From Sulfurimonas sp. (GTDB taxonomy: Bacteria > Campylobacterota > Campylobacteria > Campylobacterales > Sulfurimonadaceae), in contig NZ_CP093397.1 of assembly GCF_029027585.1 (NCBI RefSeq), forward strand, positions 1,103,405 through 1,167,404: a DNA stretch of 64,000 nucleotides, in the 5' to 3' direction. The notes beneath the pieces are model-generated. The model was not told where the DNA came from, searched no databases, and saw nothing but the letters and a program-made list of their open reading frames with translations. Positions 39,600-48,216 of this stretch are shown piece by piece (the first letter of the stretch is position 1; each line of letters begins with the position of its first letter). A program made the translations under genes and the position numbers.

Positions 39600-40787
39600 T
39601 TATCCTCCAAATGGATTAAGGTGTAACATTCCAAATGTTTGCAGTAGTGTAATTAAAAAAGTAATGCTAAATGCTATTAAAAATATAGATGCTATTAATA
39701 TAGCAAATTTTGATCTAATCTTTCTAAAATAAATAACTGTTGGTAGTATCCCAAAAAGAAGCACAATACCAATACCTCCAACAATACTTAAAGCCTTTAA
39801 AAAGATATCTGCAAAGAAATATGCAACTATTAAAGGAGGTATAAAAGCTACTACAAAGACAAGCCATTTATTATAAATATTTAAACTATTTTCAAGTATA
39901 TCTTTAGAAAAATCTTTTAAACTCATGCCTATAGATACATAAGAAGTTGCTACAGCAATTATTGCAAATAGTGTCCCCATAATTAAAAAAAGGTCTGATT
40001 TTAAAATTTTAGACATTTCAAGGGTAATAGGCATACCTGTTAATCTAGCTTCATTTAGACTTATATGCCCAAATTCAGGAACAACCCCTACTGCTACTAC
40101 TAACCATATTGTATTCATAACAAAACCAATCAGAAGTCCTATGGCTATAGGTTTGTATATATCACCACTCCATTTAGCATCTCTACATATAGTTGGGATA
40201 ATAGGATGAAAAACAAATGCTGCAATTATCATAGGTACAGCTCTTGGTAAATACTCCCAATTTACATGAGAAAATCTATTGGCATCTATTCCTGAACTTC
40301 CTATATAAATCAATACCAAAAAAGCCATCCACAATAAAAGCATAAGAATGGTATTGTATTTTTTTATAATAGACATACTTGACATTGCTATATAAGTAAA
40401 AACTGCGAAAATAACCAAAAGTACCAAAGGTTCAAAAACTGCATCTATCTTAAAAACCATAAGAACAATTTTTGAAGAACCAACTAAATAACTTATGAGT
40501 AATCCATAAAAAATGATAAGATTTGCTATAGAAGCTATCCATTTTCCAGCTACTCCAAAATGTTCCTGATAGAGACTTGGAAAATTAAAAGTATCATCTT
40601 TCTTTTTATTTACCTCTTTTGCTAAAACAATACCTGAAAAAAACATACTTATAGAAAAAAATGCCATCATTAGCATAGATGGCCAAAAGCCAGAGATACC
40701 TGCATTAATTGGCATTGCTAATATACCAGCACCTATCATGTTACCAGCTACTAAAAAAGATAACATAAAAGTATGTTTAATGGTCAT
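39600..40787 (-). CDS. HAAAP-family (hydroxy/aromatic amino acid, Mtr/TyrP/TnaB/SdaC-like) permease
   Basis: N-terminal LVAGNMIGAGILAMPI, about 11 TM, 395 aa. Confidence 0.75.
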   Translation of the reverse strand: MTIKHTFMLSFLVAGNMIGAGILAMPINAGISGFWPSMLMMAFFSISMFFSGIVLAKEVNKKKDDTFNFPSLYQEHFGVAGKWIASIANLIIFYGLLISYLVGSSKIVLMVFKIDAVFEPLVLLVIFAVFTYIAMSSMSIIKKYNTILMLLLWMAFLVLIYIGSSGIDANRFSHVNWEYLPRAVPMIIAAFVFHPIIPTICRDAKWSGDIYKPIAIGLLIGFVMNTIWLVVAVGVVPEFGHISLNEARLTGMPITLEMSKILKSDLFLIMGTLFAIIAVATSYVSIGMSLKDFSKDILENSLNIYNKWLVFVVAFIPPLIVAYFFADIFLKALSIVGGIGIVLLFGILPTVIYFRKIRSKFAILIASIFLIAFSITFLITLLQTFGMLHLNPFGG

Positions 40788-42523
40788 TTAGTTGTTTTCT
40801 TTCGTGGTTTTTCATATCCAGTAGGACCATTTTTCCACTCTGATTTTTTATACCACTCTTTAGGATAACCAACTTCTTGAGCCATTTTGTTAGATTCATT
40901 CACATATCCATCACTATATTTTGCAACTAAATACCAAGCTAAACTCCACCACTCATCTACAACTTTATTTGCTTGAGTATTAGAGTACTCACTAAGTAGT
41001 TTTTTAGTCTTTTGTGGATTTTGTTTATATAGTGCTAAAGCTTTTTTATCCATAATTTTTATGCTTTGTAGCTGTGTATATTCTAACTCATTTTGTTTTT
41101 GTTTTATATCTTCTATGATATAGCTATATTTAAGTCCTGCCCAATTAGCTACAAAATTAAATGCCCACCATGCACTTTTTTGATCAAACTTATTACTAAG
41201 ACCAGTATAGTAACTTTTTGGAATTGAATCTATTCCTACATAAAATGGCGTAATTACTGTACTCATTGGTTGATCTGGTCCAAACCATACAATACCACCG
41301 ATAGGGTCTGGTAACCAACTTCTAGCTTGAAGTACAAAACTATAACCGCTTCTGTATATTGAAAGTGGTCTCTCCCAAGCACCTTTGAGTTTGGCACTTG
41401 GATTCCCAGTATCATTTCCAGCATCCATCGAACCTGGATATCTATAAGGATTACCAAAAGGTCCCGCGGTTATGCCTTTTGATTGGTCAAACTCAGTTCC
41501 CTGATAATAATCACGATACAAATTTATTACATCTCTAACATCTAGTTTTTTATCTGGCTTAATTGAAAATGGATACTGAGAAGTAAAACCATCTTTTGCC
41601 CAAGGACTTAGCTTCATAGATGGAGCCAACTTATCTTGAACTCTCCAAACTCTTCTAAGTGAATAGTAAGGATGACTATATTCTCCCTCACTAACTGTTC
41701 TCAACCAATCAAGTTTCCCATCTTTAGGGTTCCACCAACCATACTTTTTTGCTATTTTATGAAGGTTTTTTGAGTACAACATATCTGGAGAGTTTGTATC
41801 TATTTCTCTAATTCTAAACTCATTTGCAGCTACAAAGATTTCTCCATCTGGAACTCTTTTAGCTACCCAAAGACCACCTTTGCCCTCTGGACTTGGTGCC
41901 ATTTCTATGACCCAACCTTCATTTTTATCAGCTACGGGGAGAGTCTCTCCTGTTCCATAATAACCATAAGTCTCTATCAATTCACCTATGAGAGCGATGG
42001 CATCTCTAGCTGTTTTTGTTCTCTCAAGTGCCACACGACTAAGTTCAGAACTGTAAAAAAGAAGTTTACCTGGCTTTGGTTCAGCTGTAATTTTTGCACC
42101 ATTTGTAGCCTCTCCAAACATCAGTTGATGTTCGTTCATAATTCCATAGTTACCTTCAAAGTAAGCATAAGTATGCTTAACTTGTGGAATAAATCCTAAA
42201 GGAATACTTTGAGGTTTAGTTTTATCTTTATATACCTCTCCTCTATCTTCACCAACATATCGCTGAAGTACATTAGCATTAAACTCCGCTCTATTTCCTA
42301 AAGAAGAAGCATCGTAATAAACTGCTCTGAGTGAACCAGCTTTATGATCTTTTGCAGGTACTAAGACAAGCCTATTATCAAACATCTCACTGTCATCTGA
42401 ATGAGCTACAAATACTGAACCATCTTTAGAAGCACCTTTTGTGATAATCATCGTAGTACATGCAAGTGACGATGACATAACAACGAAACTTACAATAACT
42501 AATGCTTTAAATATACTTTTCAT
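40784..42523 (-). CDS. Secreted peptidase family C69 dipeptidase
   Basis: Signal peptide, then the N-terminal nucleophile context A-CTTMIITKGASKDGSVFVAHSDD, typical of C69 (Ntn-type Cys). Confidence 0.85.
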   Translation of the reverse strand: MKSIFKALVIVSFVVMSSSLACTTMIITKGASKDGSVFVAHSDDSEMFDNRLVLVPAKDHKAGSLRAVYYDASSLGNRAEFNANVLQRYVGEDRGEVYKDKTKPQSIPLGFIPQVKHTYAYFEGNYGIMNEHQLMFGEATNGAKITAEPKPGKLLFYSSELSRVALERTKTARDAIALIGELIETYGYYGTGETLPVADKNEGWVIEMAPSPEGKGGLWVAKRVPDGEIFVAANEFRIREIDTNSPDMLYSKNLHKIAKKYGWWNPKDGKLDWLRTVSEGEYSHPYYSLRRVWRVQDKLAPSMKLSPWAKDGFTSQYPFSIKPDKKLDVRDVINLYRDYYQGTEFDQSKGITAGPFGNPYRYPGSMDAGNDTGNPSAKLKGAWERPLSIYRSGYSFVLQARSWLPDPIGGIVWFGPDQPMSTVITPFYVGIDSIPKSYYTGLSNKFDQKSAWWAFNFVANWAGLKYSYIIEDIKQKQNELEYTQLQSIKIMDKKALALYKQNPQKTKKLLSEYSNTQANKVVDEWWSLAWYLVAKYSDGYVNESNKMAQEVGYPKEWYKKSEWKNGPTGYEKPRKKTTK

Positions 42524-42761
42524 ATTGACTCCTTCGTATTTTTTATTACTTGTTTTTACTTATATAATCTATTATAACAAAATAGCGTTTGATTTGTGTT
42601 TGATGAAACTTAAACGGAGGTATCTACTTAAAACTCAAATTTAAAGTATCAAATATATAAAGAAAGGTACTAAATCGATGAAAAGGTTTATATTTTTTTT
42701 AAGAAACGCTATAATGGTAATATAATCTATACTAACATGATTTCTAGATGAAGGGGAGTGA

Positions 42762-42836
42762 ATGCTCAAACAATTTTTTAAAAAAATTAACTTTAAAATT
42801 CGAGCCTGCATAGTTTGCAACTCCAATAAGACATAA
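42762..42836 (+). promoter_or_regulatory. 24-codon upstream ORF (MLKQFFKKINFKIRACIVCNSNKT) preceding the lapD-like gene
   Basis: The strongest SD in the intergenic region (AAGGGGAG) lies 5 nt before ATG 42762. The stop TAA (42834-42836) is 3 nt before ATG 42840 and in the same frame. Confidence 0.3.
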
Positions 42837-42839
42837 AAT

Positions 42840-44771
42840 ATGACCCTCTTTAAACAAATAGCTATACTGCTTTCTATATTTTTACTCATAGTTTTAACAA
42901 CTGTTTTAACACTAAACTTTCAAAGTGCTAATGAATCTGCACAAGATAGACTATATGAAGATGCTAAAAACACAGCAACCTCTCTAAGCCTTTCTCTTGG
43001 TAGTGCAAATGGAGATATTTCCATGATGTCAACTATGATAAATGCGAACTTTGACAGCGGTAACTATCGTTACATTTCTCTTGTTGATGTTGATAATACC
43101 TTAATTTATGATAGAAGTATTGAGAGTGATTTATCTAATATTCCAAATTGGTTTTTAAATATTGTAAACATAGATGCACCAGTTGCATCTGCCAATGTTT
43201 CTGCTGGGTGGAGTCAAGTTGGAATGTTAAATGTACAAAGTGATGAAACTTATGCGTACAAACAACTATATACTATTTTAAAAAGTCTTATCATCTCTTT
43301 TAGTATTATTGCTTTTGTTGGATTAGTGATACTAAACTTACTTTTAGCTGCTATCTTAAAACCTTTATCAGAGGTTCAAAAACAAGCAGAAGCAGTTATA
43401 CGAAATGAGTTTATTATACAAACCACTATTCCTTACACAAAAGAGTTTAAAGATGTTGTTCTAGGAATGAATAACATGGTATCAAAAGTAAAAGCTATGT
43501 TTGACAAAGGAAACGAAGAGTTAAAACGCCAAAAAGAACTTGAATATATAGACAAAACAACAAAACTTAGAAATCGTAAATACTTTATAGATAAACTTCC
43601 AGAATACCTTAAAATAGATGCCTCTTCTCGTGGTGGTATAAATATTATGATAGCATTTAATGGGGTCATTCAAGCAAATGAGCAGATAGGTCATAGAGAT
43701 GTTGATAAACTTTTTATTGATATATCAGATATATTTAGCGCTCATGCAGACAACTACAAAAACTCCATAGTTGCGAGAATGAATGGTACGGAGTTTTCTA
43801 TCTTACTTCCAGATTGTGCATCTATTGATGCGATAGATATAGCAGAAAATATATCAGGAGTAACAAAAGAACTTGTTAAGTCTTTAGAGTTGAATAAAGA
43901 TGATGTCTATCTTGCCTTGGGTCTTTATGAGTATAACTATAAGGAAAACATAGGACAACTTCTTTCTCACTCTGACAATGCACTAGCACAAGCGAAGTTT
44001 AAAGATTCCAAAATCCATCTACAAAAAGCTGAAGATGCGGTAGAAGTTATGGGTAAAGAAGCTTGGAGAAAAATCATAAACGAAGCCATACAAAACAATT
44101 GTTTCAACTTTGTATCTTGGAAGGCAGTAAACGCTAAGACTAAACAAACAGACCATAATGCTCTAAGTTTAATCCTTAACATAGATAAAGATACTACTTA
44201 TTATTATGGGCAGTTTATGGCGCCAGCAAATCAAGCAGGATTAGGTAATAAAATCTATAAAAACATCTTAAACAAGATGTTTAAAACTCCAGATGCAAGG
44301 TTAAGAGGGACAACTTGCTCTCTTAGGCTTCCGTTTGATTATTTAGAGTTAAATGATACTTATGAAGATATGAGTAGACTTTTTGAAATATTTGCTAAAA
44401 CTCTTGGATTTAAACTTATCATTGAAATGCCAGATAAACTAGTTAGACGAAATAATAAAGAGATTAAACGCTACAAAGCTCTTTTTGAAAAATATGATAT
44501 AGAAATGGGAATTTTTGAGTTCATTGGCGAGAGTGTTGATTATCAATATCTTCAAGATTTAAGACCAGTTTATATAAAAGGTGAACCAGGTTATTTTTTA
44601 AGTCAAAGTGACCAATCTTTATCTGCTTTTAGACTTATTACCGATACTGTTGGAATCTCTTTGATTGCAACAGGAGTCATGGATATGGATACTTTAAAAC
44701 GACTTCAAGAAAAAGATATTCACATCATTCAAGGTAAAGCTACCGAGATGATAGATATGAAAAAGGTTTAA
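42840..44771 (+). CDS. LapD-like inner-membrane c-di-GMP receptor (LapD/MoxY N-terminal domain, HAMP, degenerate GGDEF, degenerate EAL)
   Basis: MTLFKQIAILL...DAKNTATSLSLSL...NFDSGNYRYISL...PNWF...GW parallels P. fluorescens LapD as I recall it. GGDEF position reads NGTEF, and no EAL triplet is present. Confidence 0.75.
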   Translation: MTLFKQIAILLSIFLLIVLTTVLTLNFQSANESAQDRLYEDAKNTATSLSLSLGSANGDISMMSTMINANFDSGNYRYISLVDVDNTLIYDRSIESDLSNIPNWFLNIVNIDAPVASANVSAGWSQVGMLNVQSDETYAYKQLYTILKSLIISFSIIAFVGLVILNLLLAAILKPLSEVQKQAEAVIRNEFIIQTTIPYTKEFKDVVLGMNNMVSKVKAMFDKGNEELKRQKELEYIDKTTKLRNRKYFIDKLPEYLKIDASSRGGINIMIAFNGVIQANEQIGHRDVDKLFIDISDIFSAHADNYKNSIVARMNGTEFSILLPDCASIDAIDIAENISGVTKELVKSLELNKDDVYLALGLYEYNYKENIGQLLSHSDNALAQAKFKDSKIHLQKAEDAVEVMGKEAWRKIINEAIQNNCFNFVSWKAVNAKTKQTDHNALSLILNIDKDTTYYYGQFMAPANQAGLGNKIYKNILNKMFKTPDARLRGTTCSLRLPFDYLELNDTYEDMSRLFEIFAKTLGFKLIIEMPDKLVRRNNKEIKRYKALFEKYDIEMGIFEFIGESVDYQYLQDLRPVYIKGEPGYFLSQSDQSLSAFRLITDTVGISLIATGVMDMDTLKRLQEKDIHIIQGKATEMIDMKKV

Positions 44772-44795
44772 ACTCTTCGTGAGTTTAAACCTTTT
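44761..44795. terminator. Perfect 15-bp stem / 5-nt loop hairpin, likely bidirectional terminator
   Basis: aaaaggtttaaactc ttcgt gagtttaaacctttt. A/T runs lie on both arms. It sits between convergent genes and includes the lapD-like stop codon. Confidence 0.7.
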
Positions 44796-44841
44796 GTCAT
44801 AGCTTCATTTATCTCTTTTTTATACGCAGGGTTTAATCTTG

Positions 44842-45228
44842 CTAGAGAGCGGTCAAAGTTAAGATGACATCTTTATTGGTGTTTGGATGCCTACATATTG
44901 TAAACAAAATATCCATATAAATATCAAAATCTGGATGCGCTCTTTCTCCAATTTTTTCATGAACTATGCCATGATGTTTTATGACTAACTCAAGAGCATT
45001 TTTAAGTTCACTTGTTGTCGATTTTTTATTTTTAATGACACTTCTTAAATACTCTAAGCTTGTGTTTTGAGTTTCATTTGACACTATTGGAGAATCGGGG
45101 GAAGAGTCATTTTTTTGTTGAGATACTTGTTTCTTTTTTTTAGTTGATGGCAAAAATAGTAAAAATATCAAAACAGCCAAGATTACTATCAAACCCATAA
45201 CTGATTTTATAAGTAATGTTATTTCCAC
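44842..45228 (-). CDS. Membrane-anchored hypothetical protein
   Basis: GTG start, one N-terminal TM helix and a K-rich linker. No family was recognised. Confidence 0.4.
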   Translation of the reverse strand: MEITLLIKSVMGLIVILAVLIFLLFLPSTKKKKQVSQQKNDSSPDSPIVSNETQNTSLEYLRSVIKNKKSTTSELKNALELVIKHHGIVHEKIGERAHPDFDIYMDILFTICRHPNTNKDVILTLTAL

Positions 45229-45303
45229 AACTTTTACCTTTTGCTATATAATTTCTTAGTATTATATCGGTAAAAACTAGGTTTGTCTTTAAAATAAAAA
45301 AGT

Positions 45304-45468
45304 TTAGTTACTTCTTTTTTGTTCTTGAGCTTTTTTATCATCTTCGTAACTACCTGTGCTAAAAACATACTCACTACTTTTTAAAGTACAACCTTTCATT
45401 CCAGGGACACAAGGTTTTTTAACTAGTTTACATTCACCTTTATAATCATGCTGACAAGTCCAACCCAT
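45304..45468 (-). CDS. Small Cys-rich protein, 54 aa (below the ORF-track cutoff)
   Basis: Hand translation gives MGWTCQHDYKGECKLVKKPCVPGMKGCTLKSSEYVFSTGSYEDDKKAQEQKRSN. AAGGA lies about 10 nt upstream of the ATG. Confidence 0.4.
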   Translation of the reverse strand: MGWTCQHDYKGECKLVKKPCVPGMKGCTLKSSEYVFSTGSYEDDKKAQEQKRSN

Positions 45469-45534
45469 TAAAAAATTCCTTAAGCTACAAAATCTACATA
45501 ACTTATTGTATCATTTTTGGCTACAATTGCATTA

Positions 45535-45840
45535 ATGAAAAAAATAAAGCTTATAAATATTTTGCTATTGTTAATACTATGCTTTTCAATCTCTCATGGT
45601 TTTATCATAAAAAACGAGCAACACTCTGACGCTTTAGAGTATGTTAGTGAGTTTTCTCATGATGTACATGATGAGCTAAATAAGAGTTGTGACTTTCACT
45701 GTGAGTTTCATACTTCCTACATCTTAACAGATATATTTTTTCTAAAAACTAACCATACTCCTACTCTAAAAGTGTCATCTATCACTAAACTTTACTTCTA
45801 TCATCCAAGTGAGAGCTTTCTAAAACCTCCTATTTGCTAA
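45535..45840 (+). CDS. Small exported His/Cys-containing protein upstream of the efflux operon
   Basis: ATG 45535 gives a signal-like MKKIKLINILLLLILCFSISHG. The mature part contains HSDALEYVSEFSHDVHDELNKSCDFHCEFH. Confidence 0.45.
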   Translation: MKKIKLINILLLLILCFSISHGFIIKNEQHSDALEYVSEFSHDVHDELNKSCDFHCEFHTSYILTDIFFLKTNHTPTLKVSSITKLYFYHPSESFLKPPIC

Positions 45841-45880
45841 CCTAAATTTTAACAATCAAATAAAATAATTTAGGATAACA

Positions 45881-47047
45881 ATGATAAAGATATTATCAAC
45901 CATTATTCTTTTAAACCTATCACTATTTGGACAAAATTTTGATGCGTTCTTAAAAGAGGCTATAAAAAATTCTACTTACTTAAAATCTTCGGATTTAAGT
46001 ATTTCTCAGGCGAAACAACAAGGCGATATTTTAACAAGATATGAAAACCCATCTCTTGAGTTAGAGTATTCAAACTTTTCACCACAAGGTGGAGATGCAG
46101 ATAGCGGTTATAGACTTAGTTATACACAGCCCTTAAGACTTTGGGGTGTTGGCAATGATAAAATAAAACTCTCAGATGCCATAATCAAAAGTGCAAACAT
46201 GCAAAAAACTCTCAATTTAGCAGAGTTTACTCGCACAACTTCTTTACTTTATAGCATCTATGCACACGATAAAAAGTATCTTTTACTTTCAAATGAACAA
46301 CTCAACATTGCTAAACGCATCTATGAAATTTCAAAAGAGCGCTACAAAGCAGGAACGATTTCTAGAGGAGAGCTCCTTCAATCAAGTATAGACTATAAGA
46401 TGATAGAGATAAAAATTCAAGAAGCTAAATTAAAAGCAAATGAAAGCTATTTTTCTTTACTAGAATATACAAAAAGTACAAAAGAGGTTGAGATAGATTT
46501 TACTCATAGTTTTTCAAAAATACAAATGAAAAATATCAACAATCCTGAGTTACTCTATCTCAAAAAACAAAAAAACAAATCTCTTGCAAACGCAAAAGTA
46601 AACTCTAACAAATTAGAGTTTATAAATATTGTTGGCGAGTATGAAAAAGAACCAGAGCAAAATATATTTAGACTAGGAGCATCTATACCTCTTGTTATTT
46701 TTAATACAAAATCTCAAGAAAAACGCATAGCAAAACTGCAGTCTGACAAGTTTGACCTTCAAGCACAAAACAAAAGTCAAAGACTAAAAATAGAGCTAAG
46801 TAAACTCACAAAAAAAGAGAACTTACTTCTTTTGTTAAAGACACAAAATCAAAACACTTTAAAGCTTCAACTTGAAGTCTTAAAAATGTTTGAACAGGGA
46901 TATAAAATAGCAAATGTAAATTTATTAGAACTTCAATATATACAAAATAAGCTTATCAAAACGAAAGAAAATCTTATTAATATTGAGAGTTCTTTAAACG
47001 AAAATGCCATTTGGCATAACTATATCACAGGGGTATATAATGACTAA
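45881..47047 (+). CDS. TolC/CzcC-family outer-membrane efflux protein
   Basis: Signal peptide, two OEP-type repeats, 388 aa. It overlaps the adaptor gene by 8 nt. Confidence 0.85.
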   Translation: MIKILSTIILLNLSLFGQNFDAFLKEAIKNSTYLKSSDLSISQAKQQGDILTRYENPSLELEYSNFSPQGGDADSGYRLSYTQPLRLWGVGNDKIKLSDAIIKSANMQKTLNLAEFTRTTSLLYSIYAHDKKYLLLSNEQLNIAKRIYEISKERYKAGTISRGELLQSSIDYKMIEIKIQEAKLKANESYFSLLEYTKSTKEVEIDFTHSFSKIQMKNINNPELLYLKKQKNKSLANAKVNSNKLEFINIVGEYEKEPEQNIFRLGASIPLVIFNTKSQEKRIAKLQSDKFDLQAQNKSQRLKIELSKLTKKENLLLLLKTQNQNTLKLQLEVLKMFEQGYKIANVNLLELQYIQNKLIKTKENLINIESSLNENAIWHNYITGVYND

Positions 47048-48207
47048 AATATTTTTACTTACGGCACTTCTTTACTTCAACTTATTTTCTAGTGAAATAC
47101 CACTTGAACATGTAGAATTAAGAGCGTTTTCAAAATCTGTTGAACTTAATGGACAAATCATTCAGCTTTCAAATGCTTCTCAAGCTGTAATGAGTCAAGT
47201 TGGCGGTCATTTGGAACGCTACTTTGTAAAAGCTGGACAAAGTGTAAAAAAAGGACAAAAAATAGTTCTTATAGAGTCGATTTTGATATCAAAAATGACA
47301 GCAGAGTTTATATCTTTAAAAAAGCAACTAGATTCTCAAGAAAAAAACTACAATGCAACAAAAAGTTTATATGAAAAAGGTATGACTTCTTTAGTAAAGA
47401 TGAATGCCCAAAGTATAAAAAAAGATGAGCTTTTAGCAAAACTTACAGCACTAAAATCTCAGCTTCAAACATTGGACATAAACATAAATAAGATAGATAA
47501 AGCAAGCCCAAACTTTATCCTTTATGCACATAGCGATGGTGTTGTGGCATCTATCCTTCAACCGCTTCACTCAAGTGTAAAAGAAGATACTCCTATAATC
47601 TCTTTAGTAAAACAAAGAGCGTTTTATTTTAAATCTTACCTACCTCTAAAGTACGCTAGTAAAGTAAAAATTTCTCAAAAGGTAGTTATTCATAATAATG
47701 ATAAAAAAAATCATCTCTCATATAACACAAATACTACCAAAAGTAGATGAAAAAACTCAACGCATTGTTCTTTTGTCAAGCATAGATGCTACCAATGAAA
47801 AACTATATATAAATGCTTACGCAGATGCTACTGTGTACTTTAGTAATACAAAAAAACATACGGCTGTTAAAACATCTGCTTTATCTTTTTACAATAACGA
47901 GTGGGTTGTTTTTACTCCTAAAAAGAATGATGAGCACAATAAGCATGAAGAGAAAAAAGAACATGATGAGCATGGCGAACATGAAGAACATGGAGATGAA
48001 GAAGAAAAAGAACACAAAGAAGCTGAACATGATGAGCATGAAGATGAAGAACTAGAGTATGAAGTCAGAGTTGTAAAAATAATAACTCAAGACGAAAAAT
48101 ATACAGCTATTGAAGGTTTAAAAGCAGATGAAGAATATGTAAGTGCTAAAAGCTACTTCGTAAAATCTTTACTACTAAAATCTTCTCTTGGCGGACATGG
48201 GCATTAG
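47040..48207 (+). pseudogene. RND efflux periplasmic adaptor (CzcB/CusB-like) split by a frameshift at an A8 run
   Basis: The N-terminal part (lipoyl/hairpin region) runs to the stop at 47750. The C-terminal part (IISHITQILPKVDEKTQRIVLL..., beta-barrel/MPD) is in the +1 frame from 47698. Removing one A from 47703-47710 gives one protein of about 388 aa. Confidence 0.85.
47703..47710 (+). repeat. A8 homopolymer at the adaptor frameshift point
   Basis: Counted directly: gat-aaaaaaaa-tcatc. Confidence 0.9.
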
Positions 48208-48216
48208 GGAGATAGT

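Noticed and set aside
42641-42889. 82-aa minus-strand ORF spanning the dipeptidase/lapD-like intergenic region
   Set aside because: It overlaps the lapD-like start and the plus-strand uORF. It has no SD, and the composition looks non-coding.
47813-48055. 80-aa alternative-frame ORF over the His-rich region of the adaptor gene
   Set aside because: It is a by-product of the repetitive gaa/cat/gat-rich sequence. The adaptor frame carries the conserved flanks.
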